This document shows positions 53,436 to 63,814 of a stretch of 64,000 nucleotides of DNA, in pieces. This DNA comes from Bdellovibrionota bacterium (lineage in GTDB: Bacteria; Bdellovibrionota; UBA1018; CAIPTA01; JAALKR01). The stretch's first letter is position 1. Every line of letters begins with the position of its first letter. Below the pieces are notes generated by a model. The model worked only from the letters and a program-made list of their open reading frames with translations, had not been told where the DNA came from and did no database searches. The position numbers were made by a program, and so were the translations under genes. The stretch lies in NCBI GenBank assembly GCA_965207455.1, contig CBDBMJ010000001.1, positions 864,001-928,000 on the forward strand, in the 5' to 3' direction.

Positions 53436-55659
53436 TTATTTCTTCAGTTCTTTTTCTTTCTTTTCAGCTTGTTCTAATATTATTTTTAATTTATCTTGTG
53501 TTTTAGAACCTATTTTTAATGTAATGAGATCGCGTGCCATATTTTTTAAAGCAATGGCATCCGTATTGTTCAAGTTGGGGGAGTTTAAAAATTCCTCCAG
53601 ATGACCTGGCATCTTCTTAAATATTTTTTCTTTTTCTTCATTGCTTATTTTTAATTTAAAAAATTCGCCAGATATTAATGTCAAAGAATAGAGATTTATT
53701 TTGGATCTATTTAAAATTTTCACCATATGCCTTGCTGTTTTCTGATCTATTTTTGCTTTTTCTTCAGAGTCTATTTTTAATTTATTGAACACATCACTTA
53801 GACTTTCTAAATCCCATGCTTCTAATTCAAGGGAATCTAAAATTTCCAGCATATTATTTTTTACTTTCTCAACTGCTTCTTTTTTAAGCTCTATATTTGA
53901 TTCATCGAGTATATCAAGCATATTATTTAAATTTGAAACATCCAAAGCAAAGTAATTCGACAAGGAAAAATTTAATATGGAAGAGTCTAAAAAGGAATTT
54001 AAAATATCAATTTTCTCCCTTATAGGTATTTTTAATGCTGGAAGAAATTTAAGAAAATAATAAGTGATTTTTTTAAGCACAAAACTATCTTTTACTTGTT
54101 CTACTAATGTTTTATAATCCGTGGAATTTAAAATCCCATGCTTAGCTAAAGATTGGAGAATCGTTAACATAAAATCTCTACCACTATGATCATGGGACTT
54201 AATTGGATTTGTTAAAATTTCAAAAGCTTGTTTCTTTAAAATTTCTATCTGTTCCTCTTCTTTAACATTATTTTTACTAATTTCTCGATAAAGAGCATAG
54301 TAATCTATTTTTCGAAGAATGCTAATTTTATTATCCGCAAATTTTCTTTTCAAAAAATCCTTGAGTTTTTTGGATCTTTCTATTTTTCTTCGAATAGAAC
54401 TTATTTCTGATTCTTTTTCAGACCGATAAAAAAGCTCAATAATAGAATTAAAATTATATTTCAAAATATCATCATCGTTTAATATATCATCTACTATTAC
54501 AGATACTTCAGGAGGTTTAATATCTTCTTTTAAACGGCAACTTAATTCTCTTGCCTTGAACAGGGTTTTGTTCTTGTCCTTGTGTGCAGCAATGGAGGGA
54601 TAAGCCATTAGATCTGGATTTGCATGGCGTTCTTCTTTTAAAGCAACTTAATTCTCTTGCCTTGAAAGCAGCAGAGATCATCTTCTTTTAAACGGCAACT
54701 TAATTCTCTTGCCTTGAACAGGGTTTTGTTCTTGTCCTTGTTGCAGCAATGGAGGGATAAGCCATTAGATCTGGATTTGCAAAAGAAAAAGGCAGAGATC
54801 CTTGAGGATTAGTTTTTGCTTGACCATGGTAAAGCCATCCGTCTATTCCTAAATTTTCCGCAAGCCCAATACAAGGTGATATTAATTCAGCTTTATTTTT
54901 CAATTGAAGCTCAAACATACTTGCATAAATTATTTTCGTAGCCTCATCCATTGCTTCCATTGGATTTTCAAATTTTTTTTCATCTACAAGACGGCTTATA
55001 TGTGCTATGTGAAAAGGAACACTGTGTTCACTCCGTGCCTTTTCACCCGGAGCACTCGCCGTCCAACCAAAAACAGTAGCTGTGGGAAAAATCCTTAAAT
55101 ACCTTGAAGACAGAGGGTTATCCTGATCTAGGGTGGCACTAAACTCTACGGCGAATTGTGCTTGGGTTTGACTAAGGTGATCTTCTACTGCCACAAGCCC
55201 CACACGACGTGCATGCTGATCTGCTGTCATACTAGAAGAAATTTTCCCTCCCAAAGTTCTGCATCCCTGCAACCATAGAGCATTAATATCTCTAAAGAAC
55301 TTCTCATATTTAGGGTCACAGGAGAGGTCTTCTAAAATACCAATACTAAGTTCCCCCACTGCTCTTTCCCCACCAAAAGCCCCTGTATGGTGACCCGAGA
55401 TTACAAGTCCATCACATTTTACACCTGATTTTATCATTTTTTTGAAAGATTCATTAGGATCAGAATTTCTTGTTTGGTATTCGGTAATATTTATTTTCGT
55501 AGCAGATACCTTATTCAACTTTGCAGAGAAATCTTTCATAACCCCAAATTCTTTTTCATTATTTAAAGAAAAATAACAAAGATGAAATTCTTTTCTAGGC
55601 TCGTCACTGGCAAAAGATTTACTGCCCATAAGAAGAAGAAAAATAAAAAAATACTGCAT
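53436..55659 (-). pseudogene. Paralog B of the secreted His/Cys-domain + 42-aa repeat protein, interrupted by a local duplication (ORFs 54700..55659 and 53436..54608)
   Basis: Start ATG 55659 (MQYFFIFLLLMGSKSFASDEPRKEFHLCYFSLNNEKEF) matches paralog A. Deleting 54625..54781 restores FANPDLMAYPSIAAHKDKNKTLFKARELSCRLKE, collinear with paralog A FANPDLQAHSSIATNIKENKTLFRAQKLNCDLKE. Confidence 0.82.
54522..54781. repeat. Direct duplication of ~103 bp with a partial third copy between
   Basis: 54522-54624 equals 54680-54781 except one missing G; 54631-54666 is a partial copy followed by gcagagatc, which recurs at ~54792. Confidence 0.9.
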
Positions 55660-55810
55660 AGTTTGACCTATATAATGAAAATAACACAAGCGCATAATCT
55701 TGTAAAACACAGCATTAGAAAAGATCCAATTACTCACCAGCGACTGAAAAGCTAGGAATGAATACATCTTACACTCTAACGGCTTAGGCAATTCTAAAAA
55801 GTGCGCTACT

Positions 55811-56896
55811 ATGAAAGGTATGACTGAACTAGAGTGCCAACTCATGCAAATGTTTATGGTGGGAATTCCAGGCACAGACGTAAGCCCAGAAACCCGCTCA
55901 TTTCTCCAAGATCACCAGCCGGGGGGCATCCTCTACTTTGCCCACAATTACGAAACTCCCGTTCTGTTAGGCAAACTTAGCCTAGACTTACAAAAAATAG
56001 CCAAAAAGACAAACAAGTCATTGCCCCTAATCCTTGCTGTGGACCAGGAGGGAGGGCAGGTGCAACGCCTGAAGCGGCCCTTCACCCAACTTCCACAACC
56101 CATGGATCTGGGAGATAAAAACTTCCCTCCTCTTACTTTTTCCATAACTCAAATGCTAGCCAAAGAACTCATGGCAGTGGGGATTAATTTGGATTTTTGG
56201 CCCTTATGCGATATTCATACCCAACCTAAAAACCCAGTCATTGGTCGACGTGCTTTTAGTACCCAAGAAGAAGTAGTTTCTCGCATGGCTAGTGCAGTAA
56301 TTCGTGGCTTTATTACTTCTGGAATGATTTCTTGTATGAAGCATTTTCCCGGTCACGGAGATACCACAGTGGACTCTCACCTAGATTTGCCAGAAGTCCA
56401 TACCCCTTGGGCTGATTTATTAAAACGAGAGATTAAGCCCTTTCAAAGGGCCATGATATCTGGAGTGGATATGTGCATGATTGCCCATATCCTCAATCCC
56501 TCCATTGATACAAAATACCCAGCCTCCCTTTCTAAACAAACAATACAATCCCACCTACGGGAAGAGCTTCAGTTTGAAGGCGTTGTTATTTGCGACGATA
56601 TGCAAATGGAAGCCATAAAACTTGAACCAGAGGAGGCCATCACTCTTGCTATTAACGGGGGAAACGATATTCTCATCTATCGAGATATGCACCAGGGACA
56701 AAAAGCTATGGAAATAGCTGTGCGACTTCTTCAAGAGGGACGGATAAAAAAAGACAGAGTGCTGGAAAGCTATACTCGCATTGCTAAATTGAAAAAAGAC
56801 AAATTAAAGAATTTTCCTTCTGTGAAATTAAACGCTATTCCTAAAATAGTGGGATGTGAAGAACACACTGCTGTAATGGATCAACTAAAAGAATAA
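55811..56896 (+). CDS. nagZ: Beta-N-acetylhexosaminidase (GH3)
   Basis: AVDQEGG, KHFPGHGDTTVDSH, VICDDMQM. Confidence 0.9.
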   Translation: MKGMTELECQLMQMFMVGIPGTDVSPETRSFLQDHQPGGILYFAHNYETPVLLGKLSLDLQKIAKKTNKSLPLILAVDQEGGQVQRLKRPFTQLPQPMDLGDKNFPPLTFSITQMLAKELMAVGINLDFWPLCDIHTQPKNPVIGRRAFSTQEEVVSRMASAVIRGFITSGMISCMKHFPGHGDTTVDSHLDLPEVHTPWADLLKREIKPFQRAMISGVDMCMIAHILNPSIDTKYPASLSKQTIQSHLREELQFEGVVICDDMQMEAIKLEPEEAITLAINGGNDILIYRDMHQGQKAMEIAVRLLQEGRIKKDRVLESYTRIAKLKKDKLKNFPSVKLNAIPKIVGCEEHTAVMDQLKE

Positions 56897-57718
56897 CTAC
56901 TTATGCTTGTTGAGTTCCCAGTTATAGTCTAAAAATTCAATTTTTGTTTTTTTGCTCCTCATGGCTAACTTTTCTTTTTTTGTTTTTCCCATCCGCTGAG
57001 AAACAAAGTTTTTAACAGAGGGCTTGAAGTCATCTCCATACCAATAAAATATTTTGGAAAGGTAGAGTGTTTTTTTCTTAGCATCATAACGGTTGCGAGA
57101 AGTATCCAACAAAAACCCCTTGGTTGCCTTCTCCATTTGCTCTTCTAATTTGCTGGCCTGGAAGGGCTCTTTTAAAAGAGCTGGACAACCAATGGAGGCA
57201 CAATTAAACATAAAATGCAGGCGTGGTTCCAACTTAAGATTAATATCATCCTTTGAGTCTTGATTGCGAGCAAGACTATGCTCCAAGTAATCCAAATGCG
57301 AACTCTTATTAAAGAATGTAAAAAACTTTTTCTTCCAAGCGCTAGAAAATAGCCCGCCGATGTCTTTAATAGATTTTAAGGGGGAGTTATCAATAATAAT
57401 TTTCACGGTGAGAGCGTTATAGGCATTTGCTAAAAAGGCAAGTTGTTGTTTATGGCTCCAGCTCTTAAACTGATCTTTGTTTAATTTTTCCACCTGCTTG
57501 AGGTATGCTTTGAGTTTTTTAGGATTTTTGTTAATGGCTGCATAATTAATGGTACTCACCGTACCCCTGCCTTTTTTTTCCTTGCTATTTACATGCTCTT
57601 GGAGCACTTCTCCCCAAACACTATGGCTATGATCAAAGTTTTTAGCTGCAAGCAAATCAACAGGAATGATAAAGAAAATAAAAAACAGATAAATAAATTT
57701 ATTCTGTAGTGTGCTCAT
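56897..57718 (-). CDS. DUF547-domain secreted protein
   Basis: Signal peptide; ANAYNA, EPRLHFMFNCASIGCP, LSKIFYWY, LDYNWELN. Confidence 0.88.
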   Translation of the reverse strand: MSTLQNKFIYLFFIFFIIPVDLLAAKNFDHSHSVWGEVLQEHVNSKEKKGRGTVSTINYAAINKNPKKLKAYLKQVEKLNKDQFKSWSHKQQLAFLANAYNALTVKIIIDNSPLKSIKDIGGLFSSAWKKKFFTFFNKSSHLDYLEHSLARNQDSKDDINLKLEPRLHFMFNCASIGCPALLKEPFQASKLEEQMEKATKGFLLDTSRNRYDAKKKTLYLSKIFYWYGDDFKPSVKNFVSQRMGKTKKEKLAMRSKKTKIEFLDYNWELNKHK

Positions 57719-58637
57719 TTAAAGTCCAATTATACTCTAAAAAACGAATACGTGTGCTGGAGTGGCGAATGGCTGCTTTTTCTTCCTCTGTAGCACCTAT
57801 CCTTTCGGCTACGAAAGCTTTTATTGCGCTGTTAGATTTTCCAAAATCACCACCATACCATTTAAATATTTTGGAAAGATGTAGGGTTTTTGTCCTCTTG
57901 TCGTAACGATTTCTGCTCCCATCTTGTAAAAAACCCAAAGTAGCTCTTTCCATCTGCTCCTCTAACTTATCCCCTAAAAAAGGCTCTTTCTGTAGAGCAG
58001 GACAACCAATGGAAGCACAGTTAAACATAAAGTGCAACCGTGGTTCTAGTTTTATGTCAATACCATCACCTGATTTTTTATTCCGGGCAAGGTCTTGCTC
58101 CAAATAATCCAAATGAGCAGACATTCCCAAAAGTTTAAAAAACCGTATTTTCCAAGCTTTGCCAGATTCTATATCCATTATAGAATGTAACGGATAATGA
58201 TTTAGAATTAACTTTACCGTAAACGCATTATAGGCATTAGCAAGAAAGGCAAGCTTGTAATCATCACTCCAAGCCTGAAATTCTTCCAAAGTTACTGCTT
58301 TCAACTGTGCAAGGTAACTATCGAGCAAGTCCTCATCCTCTTGAACTCCTTTATAGGAAATAGTACTTGATAGCAGCACCTCGGAACCCAAAAGTGCGAT
58401 ACTCGGTTGACTTACCCCTCGAACATGCTTCTCCAGCAATTCTGCCCATTTGGGATGCTGGTGATCGAAAGAGCAATTCAATGCTGTATCACAACTCAAT
58501 GCTATATTTGTATGAAAGAAAATAGCAGCAAAAAAGAATAGGGTAAAAATGGAAATAATATTTTTCTTCATCTCGGTACAGTAAACTAATATCCTATTAT
58601 TTACAAGTTCTCTCTTTACCTGTGTTTTGCGATGCAT
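57699..58637 (-). CDS. DUF547-domain secreted protein (tandem paralog; start may be 58571)
   Basis: ANAYNA, EPRLHFMFNCASIGCP, LSKIFKWY, LEYNWTLN. Confidence 0.88.
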   Translation of the reverse strand: MHRKTQVKRELVNNRILVYCTEMKKNIISIFTLFFFAAIFFHTNIALSCDTALNCSFDHQHPKWAELLEKHVRGVSQPSIALLGSEVLLSSTISYKGVQEDEDLLDSYLAQLKAVTLEEFQAWSDDYKLAFLANAYNAFTVKLILNHYPLHSIMDIESGKAWKIRFFKLLGMSAHLDYLEQDLARNKKSGDGIDIKLEPRLHFMFNCASIGCPALQKEPFLGDKLEEQMERATLGFLQDGSRNRYDKRTKTLHLSKIFKWYGGDFGKSNSAIKAFVAERIGATEEEKAAIRHSSTRIRFLEYNWTLNEHTTE

Positions 58638-58654
58638 TATTTTTGTTCGCTCCT

Positions 58655-60214
58655 CTACCCCTTCCTCCCAGTATGAGTGCCGAATACGTCGCGAAATATA
58701 TTACTGATTTCTCCCAAAGACACTCCCACCTTTACTGCATTTAGTATATGTGGCATTACATTCTCTTCTGCCTTTGTTGCTATTTCTAATTTCTTCAACA
58801 TTTTTTCATACTTTTTATCTCGCTTACTTTTAAATTTTGTTAAACGATCCACTTGCTTGTTCTCTAAACTGAGATCCATTTTTAAAAGGGAAGAAGACTT
58901 GTCTGCCTCTTCTTCCGAAAGAAAATAATTCGAGCCCACCTGCACCTGATCTTTTTTCTCTAAAGATAACTGAGTCTGGTAAGCCACGTCCTGAATTTCC
59001 TTTTCAATATAACCACTCTCAATACAAGCTACCATGCCCCCTCGTTTTTCTATCTCCTTAAAATATTGTCGTACTTTTTCTTCCAATTCTTTCGATAAAG
59101 ACTCTATAAAGTGACTGCCTCCAAGAGGGTCGGCAACGTCTGCTGCTCCAGACTCATAGGCAAGTATCTGTTGCGTACGAAGCGCAATACGAGCACTCTC
59201 TTCTGTGGGCAATGCCATAGCCTCATCAAATCCATTCGTGTGAATACTTTGAGCTCCTCCCATAACCGCAGCCAACGCTTGCAGCGTTATGCGTACAATA
59301 TTATTTTCTGGCTCCTGAGCCGTGAGCATAGAGCCCGCTGTTTGGGCATGAAAACGAAGTTTTAAGGATTTCTCATTTGTAGTACCATAGCGAGCCTTCA
59401 ATTCTTCTGCCCAAATTTTTCGAGCCACACGAAATTTTGCCACTTCCTCAAAAATATGGTTATGGGCATTGAAGAAAAAACTTAAACGGGGAGCAAAACT
59501 ATCCACATCCATTCCTTGATCTATGGCTGCTTGTACATATACCAATCCATTCGCTAAGGTAAAGGCAACTTCTTGAACCGCCGTGGATCCTGCTTCACGA
59601 ATATGATAACCCGATATGGAAATTGGATTCCATCGAGGCAAGTGATCTTTAGAAAAAGAAATCATGTCTGTGATGATTTTTAAAGACGCTTTGGGAGGAT
59701 AGATATAAGTTCCCCTTGCAATATATTCTTTCAATAGGTCGTTTTGAACCGTTCCCGTAATTTTATTTTTATCCACACCTCGTCGCTCTGCTACAGCAAT
59801 GTATAAAGAAAGCAAAATAGCCGCTGTGGAATTAATGGTCATGGATGTGGAAACCTTTGTTTGATCAATTCCTTGAAATAAAATCTCCATATCCTCAATC
59901 GTATCAATAGCCACACCCACACGCCCCACCTCTCCACGAGCCATGGCATGATCCGAGTCATAACCCATTTGTGTGGGAAGGTCGAAAGCTACACTCAGTC
60001 CAGTGGTTCCCTGGGACAATAAATAGTGGTAACGCTTATTGGATTCCTCTGCTGTACCAAACCCCGCATACTGTCGCATGGTCCACAGTCGACCCCGGTA
60101 CATATTGGGATGAATACCTCGCAAATAGGGATAATCCCCCACACCTTCTCCATAAGCAGGTTGTAGCGGTATCCCCGACGGGGTTTTATCACTAGCTGTT
60201 TTTAGATCCTTCAT
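58655..60214 (-). CDS. Methylmalonyl-CoA mutase, substrate-binding (large) subunit without B12-binding domain
   Basis: [53 protein letters not shown]; no C-terminal DxHxxG domain. Confidence 0.93.
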   Translation of the reverse strand: MKDLKTASDKTPSGIPLQPAYGEGVGDYPYLRGIHPNMYRGRLWTMRQYAGFGTAEESNKRYHYLLSQGTTGLSVAFDLPTQMGYDSDHAMARGEVGRVGVAIDTIEDMEILFQGIDQTKVSTSMTINSTAAILLSLYIAVAERRGVDKNKITGTVQNDLLKEYIARGTYIYPPKASLKIITDMISFSKDHLPRWNPISISGYHIREAGSTAVQEVAFTLANGLVYVQAAIDQGMDVDSFAPRLSFFFNAHNHIFEEVAKFRVARKIWAEELKARYGTTNEKSLKLRFHAQTAGSMLTAQEPENNIVRITLQALAAVMGGAQSIHTNGFDEAMALPTEESARIALRTQQILAYESGAADVADPLGGSHFIESLSKELEEKVRQYFKEIEKRGGMVACIESGYIEKEIQDVAYQTQLSLEKKDQVQVGSNYFLSEEEADKSSSLLKMDLSLENKQVDRLTKFKSKRDKKYEKMLKKLEIATKAEENVMPHILNAVKVGVSLGEISNIFRDVFGTHTGRKG

Positions 60215-60665
60215 TATTTTCCTTCAACGTTATTAGCAGAGAACCAGCACTAAGTAGCTGCCCCTTCTCCACATGGATTTTTTCCACAATGGCGTTACCT
60301 AAAGCATAAATATTATTTTCCATTTTCATGGCCTCCACCACCACAAGACATGTATCCTCTTCTACCACATCCCCCTCTTTTACTTTAATGGATACCACCT
60401 TTCCCGGCATGGGAACCATGATTTGCTGGTTAGACCCCATGGAGGAGTGATTCTCCTGCTCTTGGTTTAAAAACTTCACCTCAGTAAAACCACCAAAGTA
60501 AGAAAGAATACATTGTTTCTTAGAAAAATGTATCTGCGGAGGAATCGTTTCGGTGGGAGACGGAAGAGTTTTCCATTCGTTATCCCCCTTTACCATTACT
60601 TTGTTATTGGCAAAAATTCCAGCACTTACTATACGCTCGTTTGAAAACTGATAACGCTTAATCAT
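60192..60665 (-). CDS. Biotin carboxyl carrier protein
   Basis: PMPGKV and EAMKM biotinylation motif; CAGGAG RBS before ATG 60665. Confidence 0.9.
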   Translation of the reverse strand: MIKRYQFSNERIVSAGIFANNKVMVKGDNEWKTLPSPTETIPPQIHFSKKQCILSYFGGFTEVKFLNQEQENHSSMGSNQQIMVPMPGKVVSIKVKEGDVVEEDTCLVVVEAMKMENNIYALGNAIVEKIHVEKGQLLSAGSLLITLKENNEGSKNS

Positions 60666-62148
60666 GATTCTCCTGAGTCCAAGAAGCAGGCACCCCTGTC
60701 TCCATCTCCAAATAACTTTTTTCCTGAGGTAAAATATAGGCCAAAGCTGTCTCCATCTCTTCTTTTGTTGGATAGGACTGGAGACTTGCTTTGTTAGACG
60801 CAATAAAGTTTGTTGTATAATTTCCCGACTGGAATTCACCATGTTGAATAGTTTTTCTTAAAAATGGTAAGTTGGTGACTGTTCCTGCCACTAACGTTTC
60901 TCCAAGACAACGATCCATTCGCTGTAAAGCCTCAGTACGGTCGCCTCCCCATGTGGATATTTTTGTTATCATGGGATCATACTCCATGGGAATCGTCTGT
61001 CCATTAAGTATGGAAGTATCAATACGAACAAATGGACCGCCAGGGTACCAAGTATCTTGAACTGTGCCCGGTGCTGGTAAAAAAGTATTTGGATCTTCTG
61101 CATATAAACGAACTTCAATGGAATGACCCCGTTGCTGTATATTTTCTTGGGTAAAGGAAAGCTCCTCCCCCAAAGCAATACGGATTTGCTCTTTCACTAA
61201 ATCCAAGCCTGTAATCCATTCTGTCACTGGGTGCTCCACCTGAATGCGAGTGTTCATCTCTAAAAAATAAAAATTATGGGAGTCGTCCACAATAAATTCC
61301 ATGGTGCCCACACTATCGTAATGGATATTCTTTGCACCCAAAAGTGCTGCCTCAAAAAGTAAGTTGCGAACGGAATCATGACCCAATAAAAAAGGAGAGG
61401 GCGCTTCCTCTATTACTTTCTGGTGACGCCTTTGTATGGAACACTCCCGTTCAAAAAGATGCACACTATTGCCATGCTTGTCTCCCAATACCTGCACCTC
61501 AATATGATGGGAGTTCGGAATAAAACGCTCCATAAATAAAGTACCGTCACCAAAAAATACCTCTGCCTCATGGGAAGTGTTTTCAAAAGCATCATCCAAC
61601 TCCTTAGCAACACTCACCATACGAATCCCTTTACCACCACCACCTGCACTAGCCTTGAGCAATAAAGGATAACCAATCTTTTCTGCCCAATGGTGCGCTT
61701 CCTTTAATGAGGCCACAGGACCGGGAGAACCGGGCACCACAGGTACACCAGCATCCTCCATAGCTTTCCGAGCTCTTAACTTGTCACCCATCATTTCAAT
61801 CGCTTCTGGACTTGGACCAATAAAAGTTATCTTTCTCTTCTCACACTCCCTAGCAAATTTTCCATTCTCCGAAAAAAAACCAAAACCTGGGTGTAGGGCA
61901 TTTGCTCCCATACTCTTCGCAATGGAAAGAATTTTCTCCTGATGTAAATACGTCTCACCAACAGATCCATCACCTAAGGAGCAAACCTCATCCGCCAAAG
62001 CCACATGGGCACTACCCCTATCCACCTCAGAATAAATAGCAACACAAGGAATTCCCATCTCCTTACAGGCACGAATCACTCGAACAGCAATCTCACCACG
62101 ATTGGCAATTAATATTTTTAAAGATTTTTTATAAAGGGATATTGCCAT
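60658..62148 (-). CDS. Biotin carboxylase subunit of acyl(propionyl)-CoA carboxylase
   Basis: ANRGEIA, HPGFGFFSEN, GGGGKG, RECSIQRRHQK, EMNTRIQVEH. Confidence 0.95.
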   Translation of the reverse strand: MAISLYKKSLKILIANRGEIAVRVIRACKEMGIPCVAIYSEVDRGSAHVALADEVCSLGDGSVGETYLHQEKILSIAKSMGANALHPGFGFFSENGKFARECEKRKITFIGPSPEAIEMMGDKLRARKAMEDAGVPVVPGSPGPVASLKEAHHWAEKIGYPLLLKASAGGGGKGIRMVSVAKELDDAFENTSHEAEVFFGDGTLFMERFIPNSHHIEVQVLGDKHGNSVHLFERECSIQRRHQKVIEEAPSPFLLGHDSVRNLLFEAALLGAKNIHYDSVGTMEFIVDDSHNFYFLEMNTRIQVEHPVTEWITGLDLVKEQIRIALGEELSFTQENIQQRGHSIEVRLYAEDPNTFLPAPGTVQDTWYPGGPFVRIDTSILNGQTIPMEYDPMITKISTWGGDRTEALQRMDRCLGETLVAGTVTNLPFLRKTIQHGEFQSGNYTTNFIASNKASLQSYPTKEEMETALAYILPQEKSYLEMETGVPASWTQENHD

Positions 62149-63688
62149 GTTTTCTATGAGGGCGACTTTCTTTTTTGTTTCTTGTGAGTTCTAAAGCGTT
62201 GGCTATCTTCCTTCGCGTATCTTTGGGCTCTATCACCTCATCAATATAACCATAGGAAGCTGCCATATATGGGTTAGAAAATGTTTTCTTGTATTTCTCT
62301 GTGAGCTCTCCCACAATCCCCGGATTTTCTTTAATTTTATTTTTGTATAGAATTTTAATCGCTCCCTCTGGACCCATCACTGCAATCTTTGCCTGTGGAT
62401 AGGCAAAGTTAAAATCTGCTCTTATATGCTTAGATGCCATCACATCATAGGCTCCACCGTAAGCTTGTCGAGTGATAAGCGTAATTTTAGGAACACTTGC
62501 CTCACAATAAGCATACAAGAGCTTTGCTCCATGGATAATAATTCCATTATGCTCCTGATCCGTGCCAGGAAGGAATCCAGGTACGTCAACAATAGTAAGC
62601 AAAGGAATATTAAAACTGTCGCAAAAACGAACAAAGCGAGCAGCCTTTCGAGAAGCATTGATATCTAAACAACCAGCAAGGTGTAGGGGCTGATTGGCCA
62701 CAATCCCCACCACGTCTCCAGCAATACGACCAAACCCCGTAATAATGTTTAAAGCAAACTCATCATGAAGCCATAGACAGGAATCCTCGTCCACAATTTT
62801 TTCAATCACCTTTTTACAATCATAGGATTGCTTGGAATCCTCCGGAAGTATGGACAAAATAGAACCAGTGTCCTTGTCCCCACTCTCTGCCTCCTTGAGC
62901 CTTGGAGGAAGCTCTCGATTATTCGAGGGAATATAACTAAGAAGTTTTCGTAATTGGGTAAACGAATGGGTTTCGTTGTTACTCACTAAACTGCAAATTC
63001 CACTCTTAACCGCATGGGCACTCACCCCACCCAACTCCTCCTTAGATGTTGTTTCATGGGTAACCTCTTTAATTACATCCGGTCCAGTAACAAACATAAA
63101 ACTACTCTCACGATTCATAATAATAAAATCAGTTATGGCAGGAGAGTAAACAGCACCACCAGCACAAGGACCAAGAATTAAAGAAATCTGTGGAATCACT
63201 CCCGAGGCTTGCACGTTTCGCCAAAAAATTTCCGCATACCCTCCCAGGGCTTCCACACCCTCCTGAATCCTCGCTCCACCCGAATCATTGAGTCCCAAAA
63301 GGGGCACTCCCATTTTCACGGCTAAATCAAGGAGCTTACAAATCTTTGCAGCATGGGCTCCCGATAGAGAACCACCAAAAACACTAAAATCCTGGGAGTA
63401 AACACATACGGCTCTTCCCCCTATCTTTCCATGACCAGTAACCACTCCGTCTCCCAAGGGCTTCTTTTTTTCCATACCGAAACGGTGACAACGATGGGTG
63501 ACAAAACGATCCAATTCCTGAAACGTACCCCCATCCAACAGGGCTATCACTCGCTCCCTAGCAGAAAGTTGTCCCTCTTTAGCACGACACGAACTCTTTT
63601 CCATGGATTCAATTTGAGTGTTCATCTCCTGCAGTCGCATAAGAGCCATTTCTTTTTCAGATGTATTGGGCATAGCTACCGTAAACAT
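62129..63688 (-). CDS. pccB: Propionyl-CoA carboxylase carboxyltransferase (beta) subunit
   Basis: GDGVVTG, DSGGARIQEG, GPCAGGAVYSPA, DVPGFLPG, AYGGAY, KHGNIPL. Confidence 0.93.
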   Translation of the reverse strand: MFTVAMPNTSEKEMALMRLQEMNTQIESMEKSSCRAKEGQLSARERVIALLDGGTFQELDRFVTHRCHRFGMEKKKPLGDGVVTGHGKIGGRAVCVYSQDFSVFGGSLSGAHAAKICKLLDLAVKMGVPLLGLNDSGGARIQEGVEALGGYAEIFWRNVQASGVIPQISLILGPCAGGAVYSPAITDFIIMNRESSFMFVTGPDVIKEVTHETTSKEELGGVSAHAVKSGICSLVSNNETHSFTQLRKLLSYIPSNNRELPPRLKEAESGDKDTGSILSILPEDSKQSYDCKKVIEKIVDEDSCLWLHDEFALNIITGFGRIAGDVVGIVANQPLHLAGCLDINASRKAARFVRFCDSFNIPLLTIVDVPGFLPGTDQEHNGIIIHGAKLLYAYCEASVPKITLITRQAYGGAYDVMASKHIRADFNFAYPQAKIAVMGPEGAIKILYKNKIKENPGIVGELTEKYKKTFSNPYMAASYGYIDEVIEPKDTRRKIANALELTRNKKESRPHRKHGNIPL

Positions 63689-63814
63689 AACTGATTGAAT
63701 AACAAGGGTCCATGCTTATATATGAAAACCAAAGGAGTAATGCGGAGCGCTTAATCCATAAAATAAAGAAATACAGCCCGTACTGTAGTATAGGGAGAAA
63801 AGAAAGGATCCATT

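Noticed and set aside
54522..54781. Possible CRISPR-like or regulatory repeat array
   Set aside because: Repeats are ~100-bp pieces of coding sequence without unique spacers; no cas genes in the window.
55660..55875. N-terminal extension of ORF 54700..55875
   Set aside because: Overlaps nagZ head-to-head; homology with paralog A begins at Met 55659.
60666..60842. N-terminal extension of the BCCP ORF
   Set aside because: Overlaps the biotin carboxylase gene; a good RBS precedes ATG 60665.
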